A DNA stretch of 64,000 nt from Amoebidium appalachense (taxonomy: Eukaryota; Protista; Ichthyosporea): the NCBI GenBank assembly GCA_963693365.1, contig CAVNZM010000002.1, forward strand, positions 10,782,328 to 10,846,327, given 5' to 3'. The notes beneath the pieces were generated by a model. That model made no database searches. It saw only the letters and a program-made list of their open reading frames with translations, and was not told the DNA's origin. Made by a program: the position numbers and the translations under genes. Shown here piece after piece: positions 24,220 to 37,910 of this stretch (the stretch's first letter is position 1; each line of letters begins with the position of its first letter).

Positions 24220-24587
24220 GTCCAGCCAATAGGAGTACACCACAATATTCCAGCCCATCGGATGATTGCCCATTATATTGATTAATCGATGTCCAGCCAA
24301 TAGGATTACACCACAATATTCCAGCCCATCGGATGAATGCCCATTATATTGATTAATCGATGTCCAGCCAATAGGATTACACCACAATACTCCAGCCCAT
24401 CGGATGATTGCCCATTATATTGATTAATCGATGTCCAGCCAATAGGATTACACCACAATATTCCAGCCCATCGGATGATTGCCCATTATATTGATTAATC
24501 GATGTCCAGCCAATAGGATTACACCACAATAATCCAGCCCATCGGATGATTGCCCATTATATTGATTAATCGATGTCCAGCCAATAG
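24220..24587. repeat. 71-bp minisatellite, about 5.2 copies
   Basis: Unit GTCCAGCCAATAGGATTACACCACAATATTCCAGCCCATCGGATGATTGCCCATTATATTGATTAATCGAT, head-to-tail with no spacers. Confidence 0.97.
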
Positions 24588-24914
24588 ATTAGCCCCAAGA
24601 TATACTTGACCAGGTTAGGAGTGAATCTCAATATAAGCTGCATAAACTACGAGCCAAGTGTGCAAAAGACCAAACAAGACAGCAGGCGAATAAATAGAGA
24701 TATGCATCAAAAGAGAAAAGTATAAAAAATGGATGTAGAAGAACCAAACTATATGTTAAGACAAACTCAACAAGTAACACGAATCAAATGATGTGCAAAG
24801 GGAACAGGAACCATGCATGATAGCCATGCAAGGTACCGTAAACATTACAACAAACCAAGATAGCAAGATATAAATTTGTGTCCAGCAAGTATGCATCATC
24901 AAATGTGTATACAT

Positions 24915-25425
<511 letters not shown>

Positions 25426-26234
25426 GATCGCGCGCTCGTGTGCATGTGTTTGCAATCATGTGTCTCTGTGTGTGCGCACGCGCACGTGTGTACGTGTCTT
25501 CGAGCAAAGGGGGAAAGCAGAGAAATGAGCGGACTGGAATAGGGGAAGTGAAATGGAAAAGAGATGCAATCCGACAAGATGATATTGGAGTTTCTGTGAA
25601 AGACTGATTTATGGATTTGGGCAATACCATGCACGTTTACATGACAGAGCGTTCCAGGTCTGGATTTACAACAGTCTACTAACCCTCTTATTGCGTCAAA
25701 GGAGACGAACAGAGACAGAACCTACCATGCAGGTTGTCAATGAACCTAGTGCACAGTCCACCAGGGGGCATGGACTAGTGTCACCCCCATGGGGTGAACA
25801 TACAGAAAGTGGTTTTTGTTCGAGCAAGATTGGCAAGAGTGCATGTCAAAAAACATAATAGCATGGTAGGTGGTTTGCATCAACACATACTCGTCAAATA
25901 GCGCACAAATAACTTTAGATAATGCGATGGGACAGAAGGATTATGTGACCCTCAGAATCCTTTGTGGCAATAGAATCAACTGAGGTGTCTGATTGTGATA
26001 CCAAGGGTGGAAAAGACAGATGGTAATAACTCTGTTGGGGCTTTCACTTTCCTTGTAGTTGGAAGGCCTGATAAGATTTTCAAGAGATCCAGGGGGAAAC
26101 CACATATACGCTCACAAGAATTACTGAAGCTACAGCTTGACATGACAGACCATGCCGTATTGGGACTGGAGAAGGTGAGACCTGGTGTTGGGATAGACGT
26201 GTCTGTTGCTTCAGTGGGCCTAATGGGTGCCAGT

Positions 26235-29200
26235 TTATTGGGTGGGACGTGGAGACATATTCGTGTCTGATGTGCGCAAGTGCTCATTGCGCTGTTTGGA
26301 TGGGTCTGGCCGGGGAGTGGTGGTGCTGTGGGGCTGAGCTGCCAACTTGCAGGCTATGCTGTGCGGGGTGATGGGCCAGCTCCTGCAGGGTCTGTCAGTG
26401 GGTGCCGTGGGCCCCCACACCCCCATGGCGCCTACCTCCACATGGCCCTGCAGGCCTGCCCCCCTGACCGCCTCCAGCCCACCCCTGGTCCCCCCCAGGA
26501 GCTGCATGCGGCCAGCCCAGTGGCTGCTGCCCAGCAGGGCCCCACGTGGCCCGGTGCCCAGCAGTGTGTCCAAACAGGCCGCTGCAGCTTGCTGCGTGCA
26601 GGAGTCCCTCTGCCCTCATCAGTCAGCCGCCATGCAGGGGAAGGGGGGGGGGGGGGGGGGGGGGGGGCATGCACGTACGGCCAGCATGAGGTCATGCAGG
26701 CTGCACAGCAGGCGGCGGCACAGAGTAGCATCCAGGGGGGGCTGGGCCTGCAGCAGCAGGTGCAGGCTGGCCAAGGCAGGCCCTGCAAGGGGGGTTAGGC
26801 CCAGGCCGGCCAGGCAGGCTGGTGGGGGCATACCGGCAAGGCCCTGGCTGTTGGGGCGCAGCAGCAGGGCAAGCAGGGCCTGGCAGAGACCAGCAGCCAC
26901 GCCCTGTGTGCTGGTCAGCATGGGCCAGGGAGGGCCTGGGGGGCATGGCGGGGCAGGCACCTGCAGGGCATCATGCTGGTCCCGGGGAGGCAGCCGGGCA
27001 AGCAGGGCCTCCAGCAGCAGCAGCCCGGCCTGCAGCTGCTGCACGGCACCTGCACCATGCTGGGTCAGTGGGCATGTGTGTTTGGAATAGGGACGGTCTG
27101 CTTGGTGCTGGGGAGGGCCACATGGGCAAGTCCCAGAGTGGGGCATGACCATGCCCTCCATGACACCGTGTTTGCGTGCAAGACAGCTGCGGCCAGCCCC
27201 CTTCTGTTTTCTTTGTATGTTGATATGTTTTGACGTAGCAGAAGAACTAAGGGGTAAGGCGGGATGAGACGGAGGGGGTCGTTTGTGGGGAGGGGATAGG
27301 GAATGCATTTGTTCTGAAGACAAGGGGACGGGGAGGGGGACGGGGGGAGGGGGGGGGGGGGGGGCACTTTTGTTGTTGTGCTCTGCAGGGCATTCCAGCA
27401 AATGGAGCAGCCACCGGGCAAGCTGCAGACAGCCCGCTGATCCTGCACCGGCCAGGGTGGAGGGAGGGTCCATGCTTGGTCAGAGGGGGCTGGGGGCGTG
27501 CATGCCGGGTGATGGGGGGGGGGAGGTGGGGGGGAGGGGGGGCATGCCCAAGATGTGCGTAGGCAGCTGGCCGGCCCTGAGCAGACCCACACGAAGCAGC
27601 AGCAGTCTGCGCCGCGTGGCCTGTGGACTCTGCGGCCTGCATGCAGGGTCAATGCCTGCACCTCCCTGGCCCGGCCCAGCCCCCAGCACCCACCCTGCCT
27701 GCTGCAACACGCCCAGCACTGCCCCCAGCCCGTCAGTGCCATGCCTGTGCCCCTATGCCTGCCTGCCTGCCCACCCACCTGCCCCCATGACGGCTGCAGC
27801 GGCCGGAGAGGGCCATGCCGTGGCCCAGCACAGCAGCAGCAGGCACTCGTAGGTCTCTGCCTCTGTGCCCCCCCTCAGGCCCTGCAACCATGCATGCCCC
27901 GTGCCCTGCCAGCCCCCCCACCTCCTGGCACCGGAGCAGTGGGCCCCCACAGCTGCATGCAGTGGGCCCCCACGGCCTGGTCCATGCCGGCCAGCCCCAC
28001 AAATGGGTCCCCTGCCCCGTCAAGGCCCTGCAACGTGGCCCGGCAGCTGCTGGCCACGGCCCAGTCGGCCACAGCCACCCTGCTGTGGCCCTGCCCTGCT
28101 GTCACTGCGCCATCCTCGGTGCATGCATGGCCTCGTGGCAGGCATGGCTAAACAGTGTGTGGCGTAGGAGTATAGAACAGCCACTTGCTAAGACACCCTT
28201 ACATCGATTTGCATGGGCAATACCTGATGGGCCCACTGGCCAGTGGTCATGTGTGCAAACGCTTGCCATTGTGTGGTCTCATTGGACAAACCCACCCCAT
28301 ATCACTCACAACTGCTGTTGCTCCAATGTGTTTTCAGACACCAGCATCATGATTTGAGTTTCGGCGCTCAAAACTATGCCTCTCTGCACTCTCATTCATC
28401 TGTATTCACATGAATAAAGAGTATATATCATCAGTGAAAATTGGCCACTCATGCCTATGCCTCTCTGCACTCTCATTCATCTGTATTCACATGAATAAAG
28501 AGTATATATCATCAGTGAAAATTGGCCACTCATGCCTATCACATGGCCGAGTTCTGCCGTTCACCTACCCGGAACCCAAGCACCATAGACCTGACCACGG
28601 CGGCCTGGCGGCTCAGATCGACCGAACAAAATGAAGCATAGTGATCATAAGAAAGACATATGAAATTGACCTTTTTTTCTAATTTATTAGCTTTTATTGC
28701 GGCCAGAACCCATTACATGCGTAGTAGGAAATATGCAGGAGGCAAAGACGCTTATTTTGATACAATTTTTTGATATTTGATACAATTTTTTGATATTTTG
28801 ATACAATTTTATACTGAGCGCAAGGCGAAGACGCAAACTTTCGTATATTAGAACGGTGATGCACACCCCCTTTATAGTAGCAAAAATTGAAGGTTTGAGT
28901 TTCATATCAGTATCGGCCAATCAAACAGCTTAGCTCAAATTCATAGTCTCCCCCCGATGCGTCGACCGCGGCTGGTCGAACTGGCCGGGAGGAGGCCGCT
29001 GGCGGAGGCCTGGGGTACTACAAAACCAAGTCTTACTTGGACAAAAACAAAGGTTTTTCTTCACGCTACGGACCAGTTAGTCGTTGATCCTGGTCGACAT
29101 TTAGAGCGCAGCTCTGTAAGGCTTGAATTAGGTTTGAAGGGCTGAAATTTATGGATGAAAGTGGATCCAGGCCCATTTGCTATTAAGAACGCTACATTTT

Positions 29201-32200
29201 ATGCCGCGATGTGGCTCACGGTCAGGTCTATTGCAGAGGGAGAGGGAAGGAGGGGGATCCAGAATCTGCCATTGACCCAGAATTTCTTTCGCTTTTTACT
29301 ATCGGCTAAAGCTGTCCAACATCCAATCACCCACCCAGTACACCATATGTATATGTTATAAATGTTAGCGCAAAGAGAAATGGTTCTTGATCTCGTCTAC
29401 TTGACCTGTTTAGACCGACCATTTTATCCAGATTTAAGATTGGGGCATCCAACTATGGCGCAAGCGATTTTGATAACATGTAGATGATCGAAACCAGCTG
29501 CACGAAAGTAAAATTCTCAATTAATTTCTCGCCATCAAAATAATGTCGATTGTACTTCAGGATTCGATGTCTTGTTCAAGCAAATTGGCGCAACTAATAG
29601 GTGTGTCAGAAGACCACCTGTCGGCATGATGACGCGCAAACGCAGTAAATGCACACTTCTGGTTGGACTTTTGTGAAACCAGCAATAGTGATTGGCTGCG
29701 CTCAGTCATATCCAATGACAGCTCCCACATTTTTACCATACTAGCGAAAGTCTTATCAGAAACAGTTAAACAGGCATGCGAGATTTTCCTAAGCCAACTA
29801 CAGAAAAAGTTGTAGAAAAAAGCCCACTGTCGACACTGACAGTTTATTGGGCCTTTTCTATGATATGACCCCAAACACAGGTGTCAAGCTTGTGTCCCGA
29901 CCTAATTAGGGAGTTAGTGGCCGGTCCTGACAGGTTAACTGTATGGAAGTGCACCTCCAGGCAGGTGGCACAGATTAAGAGCAAGGCCACACAATCCACC
30001 CACCTGCGCCAGGGCCAGCAGCAGGGCACATGTTGGTGCTGTAGGCAGGCCCCTCTCCATCCGCCCTAGCAGTCTCTGCCCCGCGTGTCAGCTGGCTGGA
30101 CCCTGGGCCCATCCATCCCGCTGGGTGCACACCTGCAGGAGCTGGGCCGTGGTCCCTGCAGCCGCGGCACTGGCAGCAGCAGCCTGGGCCCACAGCAGCG
30201 CCCCAGCAGGGGGCATGGCCTCGGCATGGACCAGCCAGCCATCAAGCACCTGCCACAGCTGCAGTGGCCAAGGGTCAGCCCCGGGGCCACCATGCAGGGC
30301 ATGCCAGGCAGGGCAGGCACCATGATGGGTGGAGCGGCAGGGCTGCAGGTGGCTGCCAGCACTGGCAGCACCAGCTGGTGCAGTTGCGCCGCCAAGCCCT
30401 GCGTAGCCCTGCCTGCCAGCAGCATCTGCACAAAGCCACACACTGGCCCCTGCAGGTGCCCGCCTGTGCCTCCCATGCAGCCCTGCAGGCCAAGGTCAGC
30501 AGCAGCACGTGAGCAGTAGCCCCTCCCAGCCACACACATGGGCCACCAGCAGCACTGCATGTACGGCCACTGACGGAAGCTTGCTGGGGTCCCCGTAACG
30601 CCCAAGAAACTGGGCCACTGTGGCCTCTACGTGGCCCCTGGCCACACTCGACCCCCGACTGGTAGCAGGGCTGTGTGCAAGGCTGCAGGTGGAGGGCATG
30701 GGTTAGGCCCGTGAGCTGTGAGTTGGAGCCTGCAGCAGGCACATACCCTGGCAGGGGTTGGATGGCTGCTGCCAGCTGCAGCATGCCCCCGCAGGCGGCC
30801 AGCACGGCCTTGTCGTGCTGCTTCTCTGCGGCCGCTGGATCGTCCCCTGCATACACAGTCAGGCCTGGCTGGCAGTGCACCGTGGGGCCCACACGATGGG
30901 CACCTGCACAGCGCAGGGCCAGCCAGGCCAGGTCCCAGTCGTGGCTGCACACGGGCTGCATCCTGGCCTGGCACACCCACAGCTCCAGCCTGGCCAGCAC
31001 CTCATGCTCCACAGGCACAACCCAATCCTGCCCGGCTGCCCTGGCACCCTGGACATGCCGCAGGAGGCTTGCTGTTGCATCCACGTTGGCTGGGGCACAG
31101 GCTTGTCAGTGGTACACCGTGACACAGCCAGGCAGGCCGCTGCATGCATGCAGGCCCACCAGTGAGAATGCCCTGGGCATTGGGGTGGTGCTGCATGAGG
31201 CCCCTGGCCGCCTGCAGGCTGGCACCCAGCAGCTGCCCGTCATCAAATGTCCCCTCAGCCATCTGCCCATGCCGTCAGCGCCCAGTCGGCTAAAGGGCCA
31301 CTCCAGGGCACGCAGACCCACCATGGCGGGGCAGCACAGCGTTGGCCACAGGCCAGCGGCAAGGTCCTGCAGCTGCTGGGTGGCATGCGCCTGCCCACCC
31401 CCTGGGGCCTGCAGTCCGTGCAGCTCCACCCTCCGCTGGTCTCGGGTGCTGATGCAGGCATCCACGGTGCTCTGGGTGCTGGCCGCCTGGCAGCACCGGT
31501 GAGTGGGCCACCTGGCTGCATGGCACCGTGGATGGGTGGGGCATGCAGGGCCACAGTGGTTCATGCCTGGCCACCCGGCCCAGCCACCCACCTTTGCCAC
31601 CTCTAGCAGGTGCAGCACGGCCCCCACCATGGCCAGCCCTGCCCACAGCCGCCTACAGGCTGCTGCCCCGCAGCCTTCCCCCCCGTCTGCACATACAGGC
31701 CCCCCCCAGTCAGGTCTGTTGCCCGTGCCACAAGGGCCGCACAAGCAGCAGACGCCTAGCTGCATCACGGGCTCTTGCAGGCCAACCCACACCATGTGTT
31801 GCTTGCATGCATACCCAGCACATACCTGCGGAGGGCCTGGCCTGCAGATATGTGGTGATGGTGCTGAGTGTGGTGGCCACCGTGGCCGGGTTGGGGGAGG
31901 GGCTGGTGTGGCGCACGGCAAGGCTGTAGGCTGCCCCTGCCTCCTGCAGCCCAAGTCAGCCCGGCCACGACCATACCATCCAGCCCCCAGCCACGACCAT
32001 ACCATCCAGCCCCCAGCCACGACCATACCATCGCCCCCAGCCACGACCATACCATCCAGCCCCCGGCCACCACCCACCTCCACCAGGCCAGTGGATTGCC
32101 CCCCAGCCACGGCCTCCCCAAGCAGGCCCTGCAGCAGGTCCAGCAGGCCCCCATCCACCCACACGGCACCATCCGGCCTGCAGCCACACTGCTTAGACAC

Positions 32201-35200
32201 GGCCGGTGGGCCACATGACCAGCCTGCCCGTGCGGCATAGGCATGCTCCCCACCGTGCAAGCATGGCCTGCAGGGCACCCAGGGTGTACTCGCACACACT
32301 GCTTGCATGGGCCAGACGTTGGGCTGCAGCTGCAACCTCGTAGAACACTGCACACAAAAGAGCAAAAGTCAGTCGTCCCTACCTTCATGTGCGTGTGTTG
32401 GGGGAGGGGGGGGGGGGGGGGGTTTGCTTGGTCACACCGAGGGGTCCAGGGGTGGTGGGTGGGTGGGTGGGGGGGGGGGGGGTATTTGCTGTAACCAAAA
32501 TAGGGACATGTGCTCAAATGGAGGGCATGTTTGAACCTGAACCAGATATGAGGGTCTAGTTCAAGTGTGCAATGCCTGGTGGGAAAGGGAGACAGCAGGC
32601 AGTGTGTGCACGCACCCGGGCCCAGCAGGGTGTTTGCTGGATGGGATGTCAGGACCACCTGCCGTGCAGCCTCTGCCATCTTGCTGTGACCCCACCAACC
32701 ACTCAGCCACTACCCCACCCTCCACCCACCCCTCCCCCTGGTACATCACTTACCAGCACGTCTTCTCCGTGGCCCGCTGTAGGCCAAGTGCAAGACCATC
32801 TGTGTGTTGCCTGTTAGGTGCTGCTACCAGCTGCCCGCCCTCAAATAAAAACAGCATCGCCTCTTTCCATGCAATAGGGTGAGGTTTCATAAATTACCAC
32901 AAAACTCCTTGTTGGCCGTCCAGGCAGGCCCATGGAGGCCCGCCATGATGCGGCTGATGCAGCTGGCAGCCAGCCAGGCCACGTCCTGATCATCGGCAAC
33001 CACAACCTGCCCCCCCCAAGTGTTGGCGGCACTCCTCTCACCCACCCATGTGTGCCTCTGCACATCCTCAGCCACGGTAAGCACACGGCACCTTCAGCAG
33101 CACAGCTTTCAGATCCAGGGTCCCTGCTTGACCCATCATTGATGCTGGCTCAGTCATGGTGTCGGGTGCCACAACGCCCATATCCCCCACCCCACGGTGT
33201 GCTACTGGTGCCTGGGCCTGGGGGCCAGGCATGCAGCGCTGCAGCACACATGTGGGCCCTGGCTCAAGCATCTGGTCCAGCAGCGCTGAGGGCCCAGTGT
33301 GTGTGTGTGAGCCCTGGCACTGTGCCACCTGCCTGCTGCCACACTGTGCACTCACCCAGGAGACCAACGGTTGCTGACGACTTATCCGTGCAGCCAAGCA
33401 CGGCAGCAATGACGGGCCACACACGGCCAAAGTCTGCATGTATGATCGTGCGGCCTCTGGCTGTGCAGGAGACCGCATACAGGCACTGGGCATGCACACT
33501 GTCAGCGGCCTGGCCTGCATATGCATGCTGCAGGTGGCATGCATGGCAGCACAGAGCAGTACTGTGTGCTTGCCGGACACACGTGGTCCTGCTGGCCTCA
33601 CAGGGCAGCCACCTACCAGTGCTGCATGGTGTCGGGCTGCCCCTGCATCCTCGCCAAGCACACCTACCAACCGACCAACAAGCACGCCTGTGTGGGTGTG
33701 CAGTGTCAGTGCTTCGTGTAGGCCGCATTGAGAAAGTGTGTGGCCAGACGCAATGCTGGCCAGGTGGTATCAGCATATGGGCAATTTGTCCTTAAATTCC
33801 TTCCATTATCAGCCGCAATCAGGGTGGTATGATCAAGGATTTTGTATTGCCTTTGTGCCGCCTCCATTTAGGCAGCATAACAGCTCGAACACAAACACAT
33901 CAACAAACTGGAGGTATTCAGGGCATTTCTCCACAACCGTAGCATACGTCACAATGGCTCAATGTGCCTCAGGTCCTCGGGCCCATCAACCACTAGGGAC
34001 TGCAATAACTCTGGGCCATATCTGTCAGCTTCGTGTGGCTGTGGTGGGTGCTGGTGGCAGCTCACCGTGGTGGGCCAGCAGATAGTCCACATGGCCAGGC
34101 AGTGACAGGGCCACATGCAGCACCTGCAGCAGCTGGGCCTGTGCCCTGCTGCAGGGCCTCTGCATCTGGGACACACTACAACAGTCAGCACATGTCATGC
34201 CATATTGTTTGCTCCCCGCCATGATGTTGGCCTCAATCTTCATGCATATCTATATGTATCAGCAGAATGTGAGATAACGGGCAAAGCAAGGCCCTGTCAG
34301 TTGCCCAGGTGTATACATTAAACGGATACCATGATACTGAATCGAGCATGGGCAGGCTGCTGGACAAGGCCATGCCAGAAGACCAAGGTTAAAGTATTGT
34401 GCGGTATGTCATGATGCACCAGCCAGCCTGCATCCACCCACCTGCAAGCCGATGGTGTCCAGCACAGCACACAGGTCCGCGCCCTCATCCACAAGCAGCA
34501 GCACGGTGCCAAGTACTAGCCCAGCTAGCATCAGACCATGCACGTGTGGAACACTGAAAGCAGCAAGAAAGGGCATGGTGGCAAAACAGCATCAACCTTT
34601 TGCTTGGAGATATTTCTACTAAAAGAAAACAGGGGTTGATGAGTTGCACTTCTTGGGTCCTCTTAATTTCAATGGTGACCTCACAATCAATGTCAACCAG
34701 TGGGTCATGCTTGTTCATACGGATTTACCTTTGCCAGCAAGTGCCGAAATCTCTGCTGCTCCTGTGTCAAGCAGACCTGCATGCAAACAGGGGTTAACAA
34801 AAGTTTCTGGAAATGTCTTGCATGCAAATTACAAGGATCATGCAAGAAAATACCCCTAGTTAGCTAGCATTCAACCAGTATACACTCAAGTGCACGGTCT
34901 GCTCATTTTTACTGCGAATTTTGCATCCCTCAAGCTCAGGCTTGCAGCACCAGACAAAGAAAGGCACACGTGGGCGCCAAGAGATATGAATATGAAAGCT
35001 CTGACACAGCATCTTTTCTTTCCCTGGGTAGCCAGTACACCCTGGCCAGCAATGGCACGGCCAAATAACACACTGTAATAAGCCCACCTACCTAGCAGGG
35101 GGGTGAGGATGCCGGCCAGCAGGGTGCCGTTTGTGGCCGCCAGGGCCCTTATGCACTGCGGCACCGTGTCGACTATGCGCTGCAGCTCAACCAGGGCCTG

Positions 35201-35374
35201 TCGGGTGGCCAGCTCGTGTGTGGCGGGCCCATGCAGGGTGCTGAGCACGCACACCAGACAGCGCACAGACGCACAGCCACCATCCTCCGGATCCTCGCTG
35301 GGCACGGCCAGCTGCCACTCCTCCCCATGCCAGCAGCCACACTCCTGCCGGCGTCCGTGTGCGGCTTGAAACAT
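26235..35374 (-). CDS. MEI1: Multi-exon Leu/Ala-rich alpha-solenoid protein, probable MEI1/PRD1 meiotic DSB factor (3' end and some exons approximate)
   Basis: Exon 35374-35092 encodes CGCWHGEEWQL...GG...RCLVCVLSTLHGPATHELATRQALVELQ...PQCIRAL, matching the C..H...CLxC...P...AL..L N-terminal pattern of plant PRD1 and animal MEI1 (recalled, not searched). Many GT-AG exons of ARM/HEAT-like composition continue on the same strand to about 26.3 kb. Confidence 0.6.
28374..28539. repeat. 81-bp tandem duplication
   Basis: Two identical adjacent copies (CTATGCCTCTCTGCAC...CACTCATGC). Confidence 0.95.
31963..32068. repeat. 24-26-bp intronic minisatellite, about 4 copies
   Basis: CCACGACCATACCATCCAGCCCCCAG units. 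Confidence 0.9.
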
Positions 35375-36197
35375 GTTACCTTTTGGTGTGGATATTCTAT
35401 CGCGTGTGTAGCTATTGTTGCGTCTATAGGCGCACAGCTATGGAAACGCTGTATGTAACTGTGAGGTTTATTAGACGTCTCATCGATTTCGCCATGTTCG
35501 TGTCTGTTTGGACTGATTCGTGATATCAAGATTTTTGGCGCCAAATCTTTATACCGCGACTTGATTGGCTGGCTACTCATTCAACACCCACATTCCAGAG
35601 ATGATCGGCAGATCCATGGACGACTTGGTCAAGTGCTCGGACTCCAAACAGCTGCCATGATACTCATGCTCTGGAGTCTGAACTGCGCACAGTGGCATGC
35701 GCACGGTTTGCTCTCTTGCTGGCCAGCCATACAGGCTAGCCATTGACTAGTTTAGCTCTAGTGTGAACCCCACTGTTGCTTGGAGAAGGCCGAAGTGCTG
35801 CACTGCGAGGCAGAGGCTGCCTGGCCGCCACTTTCACGTCGGTTCCTGCGTTTAATCGTCACCACGTGCACCAAGGCCGTTACCACAAGCACACCTCGTA
35901 TTGTGGCTAATTAGCCAGCAGCACACAGCCACCAGTCGCGAGACGGAGCCACAAGCACCAGCAGGGGTCAGTGAGGGTGAGGTTGAACCCACTAGGCTCA
36001 GGCTGCCGGGTTTCTTCGCCGGCACTAGCCACCAGAGAGGAAGTTGCCAGCTCGGCCACGTGCTTGACAGGGCCGCCTCTCTGCTTTAGACAGGCGGGCC
36101 AGCCACCCCTCTGTGTGCGGTCTGGCTGTGTGTTGGGGTGCGGTGCCAGGCCCTGTGCAGTCACCCAGGCGCCCAGGGAAGGCTGCCACAAGGCATA

Positions 36198-37206
36198 ATG
36201 GAGGACAAGGTATGGTTTGCTGGCCTGCTTGCATGTGTATATACCCAGTCAGAACAGAAGAGAGGGAACAAGGAGGGGGGACACAAAAGGGTATACAAGT
36301 TGGGTGATGGGTTTGAAAACTATTGTGTTTTTGAGTAGGGGTGGCTGAGCGGATGCGGTGGAAGAAAATGAGGGAGAGGAGGAGCGTTGAGGGTGACTGT
36401 AGTGGGTCCACAACTTAGGGGTATGTCGCGCGCTTGCGTTGTCTGATGTGAGTGATTGTGGGAGATGTGCATGCAGAGGAGGGTAAGACAGTTGCGGGCT
36501 GTGGCCTGGGTTGATAGGCAGGGTTGCGTCGTAGGGCCTATGTTTTTCCCAGTAGTTGAGGCACAGGGCAGTATGCCATCTGGCTGCAGCTGGCTGGGCA
36601 GGATAAGCGAGGAAAAGGGGAAGTGAGGGGGGAGGGGGGTGGGGGGGGGGGGAGGGAGGGGGGGCACGATATTCATAATTAGAGCGTGCTTGTAGGGCGC
36701 TGGAGGGACTGTTGCGAGGAGGGAGGAATTCATGGTGTGAAATGGCTGGGGCAGGAAGAGAAGAGGGTGTGGGTGCTGGACAAGGAGCATGAGTTCCGTA
36801 TGGAGGTGGGCTTCGACAGGACCGTCACCGTGACCGTACGTGCCCCCCTGGCCGCAGTGTGTGGGTGCCGAGACGTGGCGAGGGTTGGGGCTTGGATGTG
36901 TGTGTGTGTGTGGTTGGGGGTACCAGAGGTGGGTGGCCTCAGCCTGCTGGGGACCCGAGGGGGGGGGGGGGGGGGGGGGGAGGGGCAGGTTGGTTGGTCG
37001 GTGAGACTGGGTGGCCCCGTATTCTTGTTGTGGCCCACAGTCTGCCCTGTCTTCATCCTCTGCACGCCCCCACGGCAACCGCACATGCCATGTTCCCATG
37101 TTCCTACAAGCATCAGCACTGCTCCCCCACTCAGCTCCTTGTTGTCCGCCACCCTCCCCTCCCTCCCCCCCCCCCCCCCCCCCCCCCCGCCGCCGCCTTA
37201 CCCTGC

Positions 37207-37248
<42 letters not shown>

Positions 37249-37305
37249 AGCAGACGCCCACACACATATGCACACACACTTACAAACACACGCCCACACA
37301 CATAT

Positions 37306-37338
<33 letters not shown>

Positions 37339-37616
37339 CAGACATAGACACATGCACACACGCCAATGACACGTGCACACAGCCTCACCTCCCTCTCACC
37401 CCCAGTCATACACCGTCATCCTCACGTACTCTTCTTCACGCTTGTACACTCCTGTGCTGCACCTCACCCCCCTTCTTGCATTTCCCCACCCGACACACAC
37501 ACACACCCCACCACCGGCTCCCTTTCCCTTCCCAGAACCATGGTGTGTGCAATAAGAAGTTGTGGCTTTCCCATTTATGGTCTCCTAATCCTCACCCCCC
37601 CTTTCCCCCTCCCCCC

Positions 37617-37649
<33 letters not shown>

Positions 37650-37865
37650 CGCAACATCCCCAGCTGGTGGACGGCATGGCCGAGGTGTTTGGGTCTGAAA
37701 TGGCGCAGACAAAGGCCTACTCGTTCTGCGGCAAGAAGGTGCCCCCTGCAGCATGCACACACTGAGCGGGAGGGGGCAACTGAAGCACACATTCACGGGC
37801 ATGCGCACACACACACACACACGCACACACACACACACACACATGCACACACACACACACACACG

Positions 37866-37910
<45 letters not shown>

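Noticed and set aside
24220-24587. Regular repeat array as CRISPR
   Set aside because: Units are contiguous with no unique spacers, there are no cas genes, and the context is eukaryotic.
29890-29940. piggyBac-like terminus at CAGG-TTAA
   Set aside because: No matching inverted terminus or second TTAA boundary could be found.
31963-32068. Third donor-anchored minisatellite
   Set aside because: Units contain G/GTATGG on the minus strand, but the frame-preserving donor (GAG/GTGGGT) lies upstream of the array, so the repeat appears fully intronic.
26280-33795. Many 200-400 aa overlapping plus-strand ORFs
   Set aside because: GC-rich shadow frames of the minus-strand spliced gene; no motifs or splice logic support them.
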